DNA of 56,832 nt, counting the filler, from Streblomastix strix (taxonomy: Eukaryota), in the NCBI GenBank assembly GCA_008636045.1. It is 3 parts of 3 records of this genome, joined end to end, with 100 filler letters (N's around TTAATTAATTAA, not from the genome) between each part and the next. Parts side by side here need not be neighbours in the genome. Positions count along the whole stretch, not along the records: positions 18,980 to 37,856 come from SNRW01000566.1; positions 37,957 to 56,832 come from SNRW01000567.1; 1 more part is not named here. The stretch is one strand, 5' to 3'. The position numbers were made by a program, and so were the translations under genes. Below are positions 26,697 through 38,329 of this stretch, one piece after another. The notes below the pieces were generated by a model that was not told where the DNA came from, ran no database searches, and was given only the letters and a program-made list of their open reading frames with translations. Numbering within the stretch: position 1 is the first letter of the stretch; every line of letters starts with the position of its first letter.

Positions 26697-28194
26697 ATGG
26701 CTGAAATTAAGCATAAAGAACTTACGGATGAAGATAAAATAAGATTGCAATTGATCAATGATGCAATTAGCCGCATAAAGACAATGCCACAGATAGGTCT
26801 CGAACGAAGTGAAACAATTGACGATACGTCTAAAACCGATACCGAAGGTCTAAGCTACGCTAAAGATTCTGGCATAAATGCTAAGCCAAAAGAAAATCCA
26901 ACGTAAACTGGGAATGAAATTATTCAAGTAACACCAGAATAATTGATCCTTACAGAATAAAAAAAATTACTAAGTATAAGAGCAAATATAATAAAGATAA
27001 ATATAAACAAATTGATGGAACAACTGCATAAGTTGATCCAGAGGAAGTAGTTAAAAATATTTATCTTTCTCATCCAAATCTTGAAGTAATGAAATTCATT
27101 ATTGATAAATTATGGGCTACAGTTACTATAAGAAAAAGAGCTGATGATTTTAAACTTTCATCTGATAATTTTATTAAACTGTGGTCATTAATCACTTAAA
27201 AAAATGAAGATGATATTGAAATTGTATTAGATGAACCATTAATGAGATCCCATTCATGCATAGATAAATCATATAAAAAGAAAGATCTTATAAGAGTAAT
27301 GGATGTACTAATTAAAAATGTTAGCATATCAGTTATTGATAATGGTCTTTTTAATTCTATTGAGAAACTATATCGAATTAACTAGGACTTTGTTCGCTTG
27401 TCTGATGTACCTACATCAGAGATTTCCAAAGATGACTTTTGATTGTGGAACGAATGGCAATTATTTTTGTAATAAAAATGGAATAATAATTAAGCGATTT
27501 AGATATAATTGACGAAGATAAATAAATTAATTAGTAAGAAGAGTTATTTAAAATAATAAAATAATAAGAAGAGAAATAAAAATAAATTAAGGAACGTAAT
27601 ACATTATTATAAGTTATAAATAATGAGATAATAAAGTACTTTAATTATTTGAGTTAATTCTTTAAAAATTCTATCGATTTTGTTAATTTACATTCTGAGT
27701 AGATTATTCGTGGGGTAATGACATTTTTATCACCTATAATAGTTGGCAAAATTATTAAATAAGGTGGTACAAGTAATTAAATTCTATTAGCTAACGGTGA
27801 TACTATTGAAAAGTAAAAATTAGAACCAACAACAGCGAAATCAGGAATTTTTCATGCCGGTGATTATGTCGTTGGATTAAGCTAAGGGTCTTTAGTTTTG
27901 CATAGCAGCGGTATAGTATATATTAGCGCATATCTTCATTGGACGTCATAAGGTGGTGTGACTAGCATACCCGTCACGGTGGGATACGTTGATGCTGAAT
28001 TTATTCCCCATTTTTCTGACCGCGTAACCATGAAACATTTAACAGCACGATCTTAACAAATGACTTAATATCTTGATTGTTTAATCAATTAACGTGGTGA
28101 GGTCATCATAAATTCAAATTCTCTTTCAAGTTCACCATCACCATTAAACATTGAAATTAATGGTACATATTTTATTAAATTTGATGGTAATTGA
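26697..28194 (+). pseudogene. Second fibre-like protein with receptor-binding-like C-terminal domain
   Basis: MAEIKHKELT.., coiled-coil, FVNLHSEQIIRGVMTF..KIIKQGGTSNQILLANGDT (shared with the other fibres), then beta-rich tip GIVYISAYLH..VGYVDAEFIP..IEINGTYFI. One frameshift (~26960) and one TGA. Confidence 0.65.
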
Positions 28195-28276
28195 TGCTAT
28201 ACTCGTAGAATTACTCCTTTGGAGTCAGAATCTCTGATTATCTGACAACATAGTTGTTAATATAAAAATAATCAAA

Positions 28277-28402
28277 ATGAATCCGATTACTGAAACCATC
28301 ATCTATTCTCTTGAATAATTGAACATAAATTGGCATGAAATCTTTAAAGCTATTTGGGAAGCAGCAATCAAATATGCCTGCGAATCAAAGATATGTCGTT
28401 GA
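28277..28402 (+). CDS. 41-aa viral small ORF
   Basis: MNPITETIIYSLEQLNINWHEIFKAIWEAAIKYACESKICR* with an AAAATG start context, filling the intergenic space. Confidence 0.45.
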
Positions 28403-28422
28403 AAAAATAACTTTATTTTTGA

Positions 28423-30405
28423 TCATTATGGTTAAATAGCTCTTTTAGCAAGCTCACCAATAACATCAATATTTAGTACTTATGGCATTGTACTATCATC
28501 AAATATGATTCTAACAGACGCATCATACAAGTAATGCATCATTGGAGTAATAGATGCTTTATTAGGATCAAGATATGCTCTAGTTCCAATGAATTATTTG
28601 AAATCTTTTTAGTTCTATGATGGGAAAATATTAGTTGTATCAATAATTCCTTTAGTCAAATTTCCCTACAAAATAACTTATACATTAGTTCTAGCACCTA
28701 AGTTGGAAGAGTTTAATCCTCGCATAAATGAATCATCAGTAGCCAATTTCCATGCAAACGTATATTTGTTAGGATAAAGTGTTTTAATCGCTTTACTTCC
28801 ACTATACAATGTTGTTAAATAGAATAGATTAGCTGTTTTATATTAATCGGCATTATCTATCCTTCCATAATAATGTATCTTATCATCAATATTCAAGTTC
28901 TCGAATGTAAGTGAATGATATAGATCTGATGGTTCACTAACAACATCTTAATCAACGAAGCAGTCAAACATTTATCCATTAGTTGCTTAGTTTAATGATT
29001 TATATGGCTATGGGATAACATTGTTCTAATCAATAACTAGATTAAGTCCTATGAATAATACAGGGAAAAACCATGTTGGATATTAGGGCATAGTAAATGT
29101 CATAAATAGTGATTTTATGTTAGAGAATGGCATAATGCTTTACATTGTTCCACTAGTTTTATCAAATCCACTAAACTGAAAGTTCGATGATTGTGTTCTA
29201 AATACTTATGTAGGAAAATTTATGATTTTTTGTTATTGAATCATACTAATTATAGCTTCTTCGTTTTCAATATTGAAGCATACGTTCTATATCTCTAATG
29301 TATCAAATTTAGCTGTACCAATCTAAAAAATTGAATTTTGTGGTATCTTAACACCAACAGCAGTATTTTGCATATTTACAATTCTTACATTATATCTTTA
29401 ATACGATAGATCAGCAGCAGTATCTCCTGCCAAAAGAAAAACTATATCAGGTTTCTCAGGAGGAATCATGTGATAAGCTAAATGGTTATTTTATATAGTA
29501 TCATTTTTGTTAAGCCAAATAACCTTCAAATCTTATAGGAAATCTTATATCCATAATTGTAGATATAATGTTCCATAATTACGTGTGAGAACAGGGAAGG
29601 AATTAAATATAGGATTCAGTTGGTTAAGATCAAGTACTCCACTAAATGTAATATCAAAAGGTATTCTATAATAGAATGGTGTTCCAACGGTAGCAACAGT
29701 TGCTTATCTATCAATTTCACAAAGTGGGATATCAATAAATACTCCACAATGACGTTTTCCTTCAATTATACTTTCTAGTGGTGATACGTTAACGCTATTT
29801 TTAGTGCACAAATCGCTAAGAGAATTTCCACTAATTACTGCTTATTTTCTTGCATAGATTGCAGATCCCCATAGTGCTGTTGCATCTTTCAATAATTAGA
29901 ATTAGTAGAATGGTCCACATGCAGTTGAGAATCTAATCCAAAATTATAGATGTTCTGATGATTCAATCCCTTAAGCTGTTTTACCGAAATATCCTTATGA
30001 CGCTTATGACATATTTGTAGTCCAATCGGCTAACGGATCTTCTTTACCATTGATATTAGTTCGTGCAATTAATTTACCTGCAGTATCCCAGCCATCATAT
30101 GTTTTATTTAATTATATTGCAAATGTGTTTGCAGGTATTGTAATTGTCCAATTTACTTAACAAGTTTGAACCATTGAACATGCTGATTTACCTCTTGCTC
30201 CTAATGGTGCTCTAGTATATTTAACTTCACTAGATGTTAGTTCTGTAATTGGAGAATCGAAGAAATTTTGCTTTGATATTTCAAACGATTATGGATGGAT
30301 AGATAATGTTTTTAATACATCTCCAAGTTACATATATCCACTAACGTAATCAGAATGTGCTATATTCGCTAATCGTCCAAGATAATCACTGGATTTGAAA
30401 GACAT
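28423..30405 (-). CDS. Putative major capsid protein, 660 aa, intact
   Basis: Read codon by codon: no in-frame TGA from ATG 30405 to TGA 28423. Full-length homology to 9882-11846. Function inferred from context. Confidence 0.7.
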
Positions 30406-30471
30406 TTCATTGAAACAAAAATTAATGTAACGGAATGAATGTTTATGTTAAAAGTTTTTATATTAAATCAA

Positions 30472-30678
30472 ATGGGTTTCTTCTCTGGAATAGCAAATTT
30501 TGGGTCAAAAATATTAGGTGGCGTTAAGAAAGCTGCATAATGGGTTGCACCAACATTGCATAAAGTTTTGTCAACAATATCAGGTCCTGTTGGAATGATT
30601 CACCCTGCTATTGGAGGTGCATTAGGTGCAGGAGCTAATCTCGCAGGTGCTGTTGATCGACTTGTAAATAAACGTTGA
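30472..30678 (+). CDS. 68-aa amphipathic Gly/Ala-rich peptide (pVI-like candidate membrane-lytic protein)
   Basis: MGFFSGIANFGSKILGGVKKAAQWVAPTLHKVLSTISGPVGMIHPAIGGALGAGANLAGAVDRLVNKR*. Conserved in element 1. Confidence 0.82.
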
Positions 30679-30704
30679 TCTTGTCATAATTTATTTTTGA
30701 AGAA

Positions 30705-32945
30705 ATGAATGCTTCACTATCATAATAGTAAATCCGTACAGTTAGATAATTCATCACTAACGATATAGCTTACAACATTCAATATTAGAAACGAGGTAAT
30801 GCAAGTAGTGGAATGATGTCAAATGAAGAGTATTAATTATTCATAGATAATAACAATGCATTATTCTACGCTGCTAATAATTAAATCGTTGATGGAATGG
30901 CATCAGATTACGCATTAAAAATAGAACCTAATGAATTGCTAACGATAAAGAATTTGAAGGTGATTAATTTTGATTTTGTTGCATAGATTAATTAGTTGAT
31001 TAATTAAGTAAATTTACTATAACAATCAATTGAAACAACTGAATAGGATATAACTGATATAAAAAATGATATTGATACTATTAATTAAGAATTGTCACGA
31101 TAAACACATTTCAGAGGATATTATTTATTGAATACAGATATATAAAATTTGCCTAATTCTGCTAATGGTGATTTTGCTTTTAGCGCTGAAAGTGGGAACA
31201 GTTTGGATGTTTGATTCAAATTGGTATAATAGTGGAGATATAGTTCCAGATCAAGTTACACCAGCTAGTAATGCAACACCATTATCTGATGGTACAGCAA
31301 CTGCAGGAATTAGCACTGAATATTCACGTGGAGATCATGTTCATCCAATTAATATTACAACTACTATTCCAATTAGTGATTCTGCTAGTCGATCAGTTGG
31401 TACAACTAATTATTTTGCCAGATCTGATCATTCACATCTATTAAATATAACAACTATTATATCACCACAAGATAGTGCAAGTGGATCAGTTGGCACAACT
31501 AATTATTATGCTAGAAACGATCATTCTCATCCCATTAATGCAGAATCTAATGCATCAAATATTCCTGTCGTTAATGGTATTGGTGCTAATGGAACATCAG
31601 CTTTTTACGCTAAACAAGATCATATTCATCCATAATAATTAACTTATGATAGTAATGTTACAGCAACTAAGTTCATTAAAACTGGAGGATTAGCAACAGA
31701 AATATTATGCACTTATGGTGATACAACTACTTTAGATAATAAATTATCAAGAACATATTCAGGTAATGGATGGGTTAGATTATGTGTATTTCCTGCTGGT
31801 GCTAGTGTTGGTAGTCCATTCATTGAATTCAAACTATATTCAGCATATAATGCTGATCAAATCATTATACTTTAGCCTTATTATACCGTCAATGGAATCA
31901 ATACTTTATATGGAATATTTACTGCTCCAACTAGAGTTACATCATACTATTTGATTGATAGTGGTGCAAATAAATTATTTCATACTCATACTGGAACATG
32001 TACAGCAGCTATTTATTCTGCATATATTAGATTAGAAACAGTAAGTTCTATTACAGTAGTGGTTACTGATTAAAGCACTTATTATACCAATAGAATTACC
32101 GAGATATTAACGTAAGATGTTGTTTCATCAGTTCTCATTGGTACATAAATACCTATAAATTATAACTATGGATATGGAGGAATAATGTAAAATATTCTAT
32201 AAGTTAATCTAATAGATCGAATGAAAGGAAATTATAATAATGGTATTAGAATAGGATCATTTGTGAGTGAATCTTCGTTATATTTAGCTTGTAGCAATTC
32301 AACAATTAGTGGAACAGCTGCAGGGTAATGGGAAATAAGTAAAACAAGTGATGATGCACTAACAATAAATCCATCATCTCTACGATAAGCAGATCGTAGT
32401 GTTTGATTAAGTATTAATAGTGATAGTTCAATAATTAAATTTAATGGTAATGAATTAGTGAATGTTGGAACTGATTAAACGATTAATGGAAGAAAGACAT
32501 TTGGAGGTACTACTTTAGGTAGTATTTAATTAAATTCAACTGATGTATCATACGGTGAAGGGATAAGAATAGCAGATAGTCCTACTTCAAATGTTAGCGC
32601 TATTTATATAGGAACATCGACTAGTTCATCAGGTGAGATTGACGGATAATGGACAATAATAAAAGAAGTGCTGGTGAATTGATAATAAGTAGAACAGCTG
32701 ACAAAAATATAGATAATAAAGGATTAATGATATCAGCTGATGGAAACACATTATCTTTCAATGGTTCTGAAATTGCAGGTGTTGGCGCAACTAATGGAGC
32801 GACTAACTGTTCGGTTAATTATTCTGCTGGCAATCCTATATTATGTGGTGCAAATAGTGTTGGAACAGAAGATGGATTCTATAGTAATGGAAATAACGTA
32901 TTCTGGAGAGCTCATCCATTAACAATGGGATCAGTTCCTCCATGA
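30705..32945 (+). pseudogene. Phage-tail-fibre-like protein
   Basis: N-terminal coiled coil, four HxH repeats (YSRGDHVHP, FARSDHSHL, YARNDHSHP, YAKQDHIHP), KFIKTGG, and two GIRI..GQW..FNG modules. Frameshifts at ~31194 and ~32660, one TGA. Confidence 0.8.
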
Positions 32946-33004
32946 GGATCTTCGATCTGTCAAGCTTTGGTTGGAACAATGATGTAAGTTTATTTTTGAA
33001 ATAA

Positions 33005-34160
33005 ATGGAAAAAGCTGTAACATAACCGATCAAACAATTATTCAATGAATTTGTCAAATCACACTTTCAAGATAATGACACAATTAAAGTTACAATTAAG
33101 GCACTACAAAATTTGTTAAAGAATGATGTAAAAGAATCAATCCATCCATTTCTCCAAGAATTTATGAGAATCAATAAAATGTTCAATAATCAGTAGCAAT
33201 AATTATAAAATTTAAAGAAAATGGTTGATGAAAAAGATTTTAAAAATAAGTTATTTAATGAATAGAGTAAGTACTTCAAAAATAAATATCTTATAATCAA
33301 AAAGTCATTAGTTATAAACAATTAACCATAACAAATAAAGAAATACATTATTTCTGAAGCTATTGAAGAAGAAAAATAGATCTACAACTAATTTGTGAAT
33401 GATGAGTAATACAGTAACTTTGTCAATTACTATTCTCTTCAGAAGGCTCCTCTAAATCTTGAAACACTCGCTTGAGAGCCGCTTATCTTTGATAATTAAT
33501 TTTATCTAAAATAATTTGATTGTTGGCATTTTAGATATAATCGATTATCTCTTTAATTTTATCTTACATTGGATCGTGGGGACAAAAGTGAAAATGTTAC
33601 AACCTCGTATTATATCTATTTGAATCAGTTTGATCTAATTCAACCATAAATTACCATGGAATTATAGTATTCGTATTAAGTGCTTAAAAATTTTTGAATA
33701 CCTCATAATCAGACGCATCATACTTTTCTCCAATTGTTTTTGCTAAACTATACAGCTCGTCCGTTTTATTATTTTCAAAAAATTTATTTATTAGATTAAT
33801 TTAACATTTTAAGATACAAGATTTATCTCCAATGAGTTGCCAATTCCAAATCTTTATTAGATATTGCTTCGTTCAGAAATGCTTCAATTTATTCTACAGA
33901 TAGCTATGACCAATGTATACGAGGTTAATTTTTATCCATTTTTCTTTTGTCAAAGAATTGTATAATGTAAATCGTTATATTTAATGGAACTAATACTATA
34001 TCGAAATAACTCCATAATGTTTTACTACATTAACTATATCCATTAATTTATCAGGAACTGACACAGATATAATTGATGTAATAAAACTAACACCATAGAA
34101 CATGTAATTCATTACGTTAATGATTATCGATAATATGTTGCATTAATACAGAGTCATTTT
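33005..34160 (+). pseudogene. Viral hypothetical protein between fibre and ATPase
   Basis: MEKAVTQPIKQLFNEF... N-terminus homologous to the 8768 ORF, C-terminus homologous to ~6490-6610. Internal TGAs. Confidence 0.6.
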
Positions 34161-34168
34161 TAATATTT

Positions 34169-35191
34169 ATGAAAATGTCACTACAAGAATTATAAGATAT
34201 CACATTTACTAATCAAGATCTATTGAACGAATATAAAACTAAACCATTAACGAAGAATTCATTGTTTCTGATTAATGGTAATCATTATATTGCTGGAGCT
34301 GTAGGAAGCGGTAAAACAACATTAATGTGTAAGCTAGTTGTAGTATATAAGAAAATCATTGATCCATTTATATTATACTTCTCGAATTATGGTGCGAATG
34401 AAACTATTGCATTAAACCTTATTAGTAAGAACATTTAACTAACGAATGTAACTTATGGAGAAGCAATGATATTTCTACCTGAATTTGATGATATAAATTA
34501 TTCCACTAAAGAGATGTACACTTGGTACAAAATGAATGAGCAAAAATAATCTTATACTAGCGATTTCATTAAGCGAATGGAAGAATAGATATTATAAGCT
34601 AATGAGATTAAAAAGAATGAAAAACCTAATGATTATCTTAATAGAATTGCAGAACTATACAAATAAAAAGTAATCGAAACCATTAATACATTTACTTAAC
34701 CAACCAAGATATTGAGATTCGATATCCCTGCTTTAATTCAAAATGTTAATTACTAAAAGAAATTCAAAATGGTAGACAACGATTAGGTTGATATAAAGGT
34801 GATGAAAATACCTATATTAGGAAAAGCTTAATTACTCCATACATTAATGCTCTTCGATGATATTGGATCCAGTGCAGATATATAACGATTCAGTTCATAA
34901 ATATCTAAAACATTAACGCATCTCATTAGCGATTCTCATCATTCAAAAAATACTATTTTCTTTATAGCTTAACGACCAACTTATTTGTTCAAGACAGCAA
35001 GGATATTAACCCATTTAATTTGCTTCGGGGTGAATTTAGGTGAATCTGAAATAAGATAAGTGTATGAGGAAAATACCATATAAAATTTAGATTTTGATGA
35101 ATTCTAAATACTATACAACACATTAAAGAAATACGAGTTTATCATATTGAACAAATGGTTAGGAAAATTTGAGATTCTCAAAAACAAATGA
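34169..35191 (+). CDS. A32-like genome packaging ATPase, 340 aa, open frame
   Basis: Walker A GAVGSGKTT, Walker B LMLFDD, ISDSHHSKNTIFFIAQ..KTAR. No in-frame TGA. Confidence 0.88.
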
Positions 35192-35239
35192 AAATACGGA
35201 ACTTACAGTTATAATTAATTTTTTTATCTGTACATAAAA

Positions 35240-35823
35240 ATTGCAGAAGAAAACAATGAAGTGAATTATTGGGAACCGTTAGTTGTAGACACTGACTATG
35301 AGATATTAACAGAAGAACCACATACGATTAGAAGAATTTCAAATTGATATATTCTAGCAATATCTATAAATAATTCAAACGGATATTATTAAATTAAATT
35401 AAAAAGAAAAACATATCTATATCATCGTATTCTAGCATTATATTTCTTATTTAATCCTAATCATTTACCAGAAATTGACCATATTAATAGAGTAAAGTCA
35501 GATAATAGATTAGAGAATCTAAGATGGTGTAATAGGTCTAGTAATTTAATAAATAATAGTTCACATCAAGATATATAGTACAATTATATTGATTAATTAT
35601 CCTATGACGCTATTACAGTTAATTAATATGGATTCTTGCAGTTTGAATTTCTATATTTTGAAAATGACAATTTCTATTTCTATAATGGATTATAATATCG
35701 ATAACTTCACATTAATGAACATAAAAAACATGTACATTATTTATTTATGCTTATGATATCAATAATATATAACGTTTAGTAACACTCAATAAATTTAAAA
35801 AATTATGTAATATTGATTAATGA
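35240..35823 (+). pseudogene. HNH homing endonuclease
   Basis: GYYQIKL..YHRILALYFLFNPNHLPEIDHINRVKSDNRLENLRWC. Start codon lost, internal TGA, frameshift. Confidence 0.88.
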
Positions 35824-35847
35824 AAAATAATTTATTTCTGTTTAGCA

Positions 35848-35877
35848 GAGCTTAGCGGAGCTCAAACCTACGGTTTC
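35848..35877. terminator. Twin hairpins between convergent HNH and polB genes
   Basis: gagct-tagcgg-agctc immediately followed by aaacc-tac-ggttt. Function inferred. Confidence 0.35.
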
Positions 35878-35889
35878 AAATCTTTGGTT

Positions 35890-37856
35890 GCATTCATATG
35901 AGTAGTATTTCGCTATGAGCCCGAACATATAAGGGCAACAACTCTAGTTCTCTAATACTATCATTTTTGTATGTATACCAATTATTCCATTTTTCTCAAT
36001 AGATAATTAACTCATCTAATGATTCTTCTATCCCAATCTCATGTTTGTGCATTTCGTTATTTTTCCATCATTAATGCAACCAACAATCTGGTCTTTAGTG
36101 ATCTAGTTAGTCTTCTAATTAACTCCTTTCAATTTTATTTTTGAATCATCGCAATAATTCTTGAAAATGATATAATTTTTGGGAGCTAATGCAATCATTG
36201 ATGGACCTTGTCGATCGATTGCTAATCCAAGGATTTTCTTCTCTTCATAAATGTCTCCTTTAATTGTAGGGAAGAAATACTTAGCGTTCTCATTATAAAA
36301 ATCTCTGTCTTTAACTACGGCATTAAATTACTAAGTAAAATCTTCATTAGGATTTTCACTAATTCCCCAATAAGCTGAATAAGTACCTCCTTCAATAAAA
36401 TGTATCCTATTCATATCTAAGCATTTATACATGAAATTATATATGAAATTTAGACACCAATATTTAGCATCATCTAAAACAAAGAATGCTACTAATAAAG
36501 GAGTATTACAACTACAATGCTCAAGATTCATTTATACAATATAACTGTCTTCAGATATCTTTTGTTCGTCCATGAACGCATTAGATCTAATTGCTCTTTC
36601 TGTTTACTTCCTATTCATCATTTTAACTTAATTATATTTCTCTGTATTCATTCTATCACTACCATATGAGCTATTCATAACTATCTTAAAGAATTATTCT
36701 TATCCCTTACTCTCATCTAATTTTGCTTCAATTCTGTTTTTACTAAATTCCTTAATAAATGAGTTGAATTAATCATGTTTATTGAACAGAATTATCCATT
36801 TCACATCATCTATAATAAAATAACAATCATCAATTAAGAACCATAAATAGTATTAGCTAAATGCCATATATTCTCCCATCGTTGATGATAGATTAGTTAG
36901 CTTTCTTTATTTTTGATCTGTCTTAATCGTACTGTCTTTCATGTGATTGAACATATAACTACCGATAGTTCTTTCATCAGTTGTAAATTCATAATTCCTT
37001 AGAATAGGATAGAAGTTAATATAGTAATTAAGGTAATTCTCATTAATGTGACCTTTAACTTCAGAAATGAATAATTAACCATCTTCTGTGAATCTCTTTT
37101 TGCTATTAATCATTCTTAATATAGTTTATTTTGAATGTTCAGTGTCTCAAATAATCTTACCTGTTTATGATCCACACATATACATTTTACCTCCAGTATA
37201 TTTTATAAATTTATGTGGTTCTGATGGCATAACACTAGGATATAAGGAATTAAAATCAACACCAACTACATCAGTAATTTGATGATCAGTTGTTAGAACA
37301 GTGACTTTTTTATTTTCTTTATCATACCATAATCGTTTTATAAAATCAATTCCTGATCTATTAACTCGATGCATTACATTTGATAATCCACCTGTGATCC
37401 ATTTCCTAAGCAAATGATATACTTCAATATCTGTTAGATTAGTTAGTAAGCATCATATCATGCAATATCTACGTAATTATATGAATAATTATCCTATATT
37501 TTTGTCTTTATCCGAACAGAAGCAATTGCAATATAAACAGCAAGGCTGAACGTTATCTTTTGAAGGACCTTTTGAATTATCTATTCTGTCTAGTGTTGGT
37601 TTATTAGAAATAGTGAATTTGCGTCCACAAATGCTGCAATTAGAAACTTTGAATTACTGTTTGAAATAATCGAAATCACTATCTTGTACAATATTTGTTG
37701 TGTCTCTTTTTTTATGTTTATCTTACGATAGATATCCTTTCACTTTACTCTACCAATAGTTCTCTGTTAAGTAGAATTTCTATGAGTTATCTTCAAAATT
37801 AGGATATAATCCATTAATATCAAAATCTTCATAGGCTTTTGCATATTTGATTGCAT
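35890..37856 (-). pseudogene. Family B DNA polymerase (5' truncated by contig end)
   Basis: CSICGRKF..PTLDRIDNSKGPSKDNVQPCCLYCN, GVDFNSLYPS, KIVMNSSYG. Motif C decayed to EGGTYS; KGVN present; internal TGA ~37453. Confidence 0.92.
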
Positions 37857-37956
37857 NNNNNNNNNNNNNNNNNNNNNNNNNNNNNNNNNNNNNNNNNNNN
37901 TTAATTAATTAANNNNNNNNNNNNNNNNNNNNNNNNNNNNNNNNNNNNNNNNNNNN
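37857..37956. other. Artificial contig linker
   Basis: N run with central TTAATTAATTAA. Confidence 0.97.
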
Positions 37957-38329
37957 GGAAGCAATCCCTTACGCATACTCGAGCTTCCACCCAGCGCTTT
38001 TGCATTGGTGAAAGAGACATTTCTTTGGTTTAGATCGTTCAAAAAAGCAAGATTTTAATTTTCTTTTTTATTTAAATAATTACGGTATATTTATAAAAAA
38101 TTAATAAATAATATTAATATCTACTTAAATTATATTAATATGGTTAAGAAAAGTCAAAGATACGTCGAAAAAAAATACCATGTATGCTTGGTTACGTATC
38201 ATTTTTTTTTTAATTTTATTTTTTTTTATTTCTGACTCTCTTTTGAAATCACATCTTTCAAAAATAGAGAAATACCTAAAAATAACAAATATTTACGAAA
38301 TAACAGGGATATTATACTATATTATAGAT

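Larger units (their letters stand above)
22980..37856. mobile_element. Endogenous Polinton-like virus, element 2 (both ends missing)
   Basis: Intron-less cluster: primase-helicase, two fibre genes, capsid, amphipathic peptide, ATPase, HNH nuclease and polB. Confidence 0.9.

Noticed and set aside
31300..32945. Diversity-generating retroelement acting on fibre tips
   Set aside because: No reverse transcriptase and no template/variable repeat pair differing at adenines are visible.
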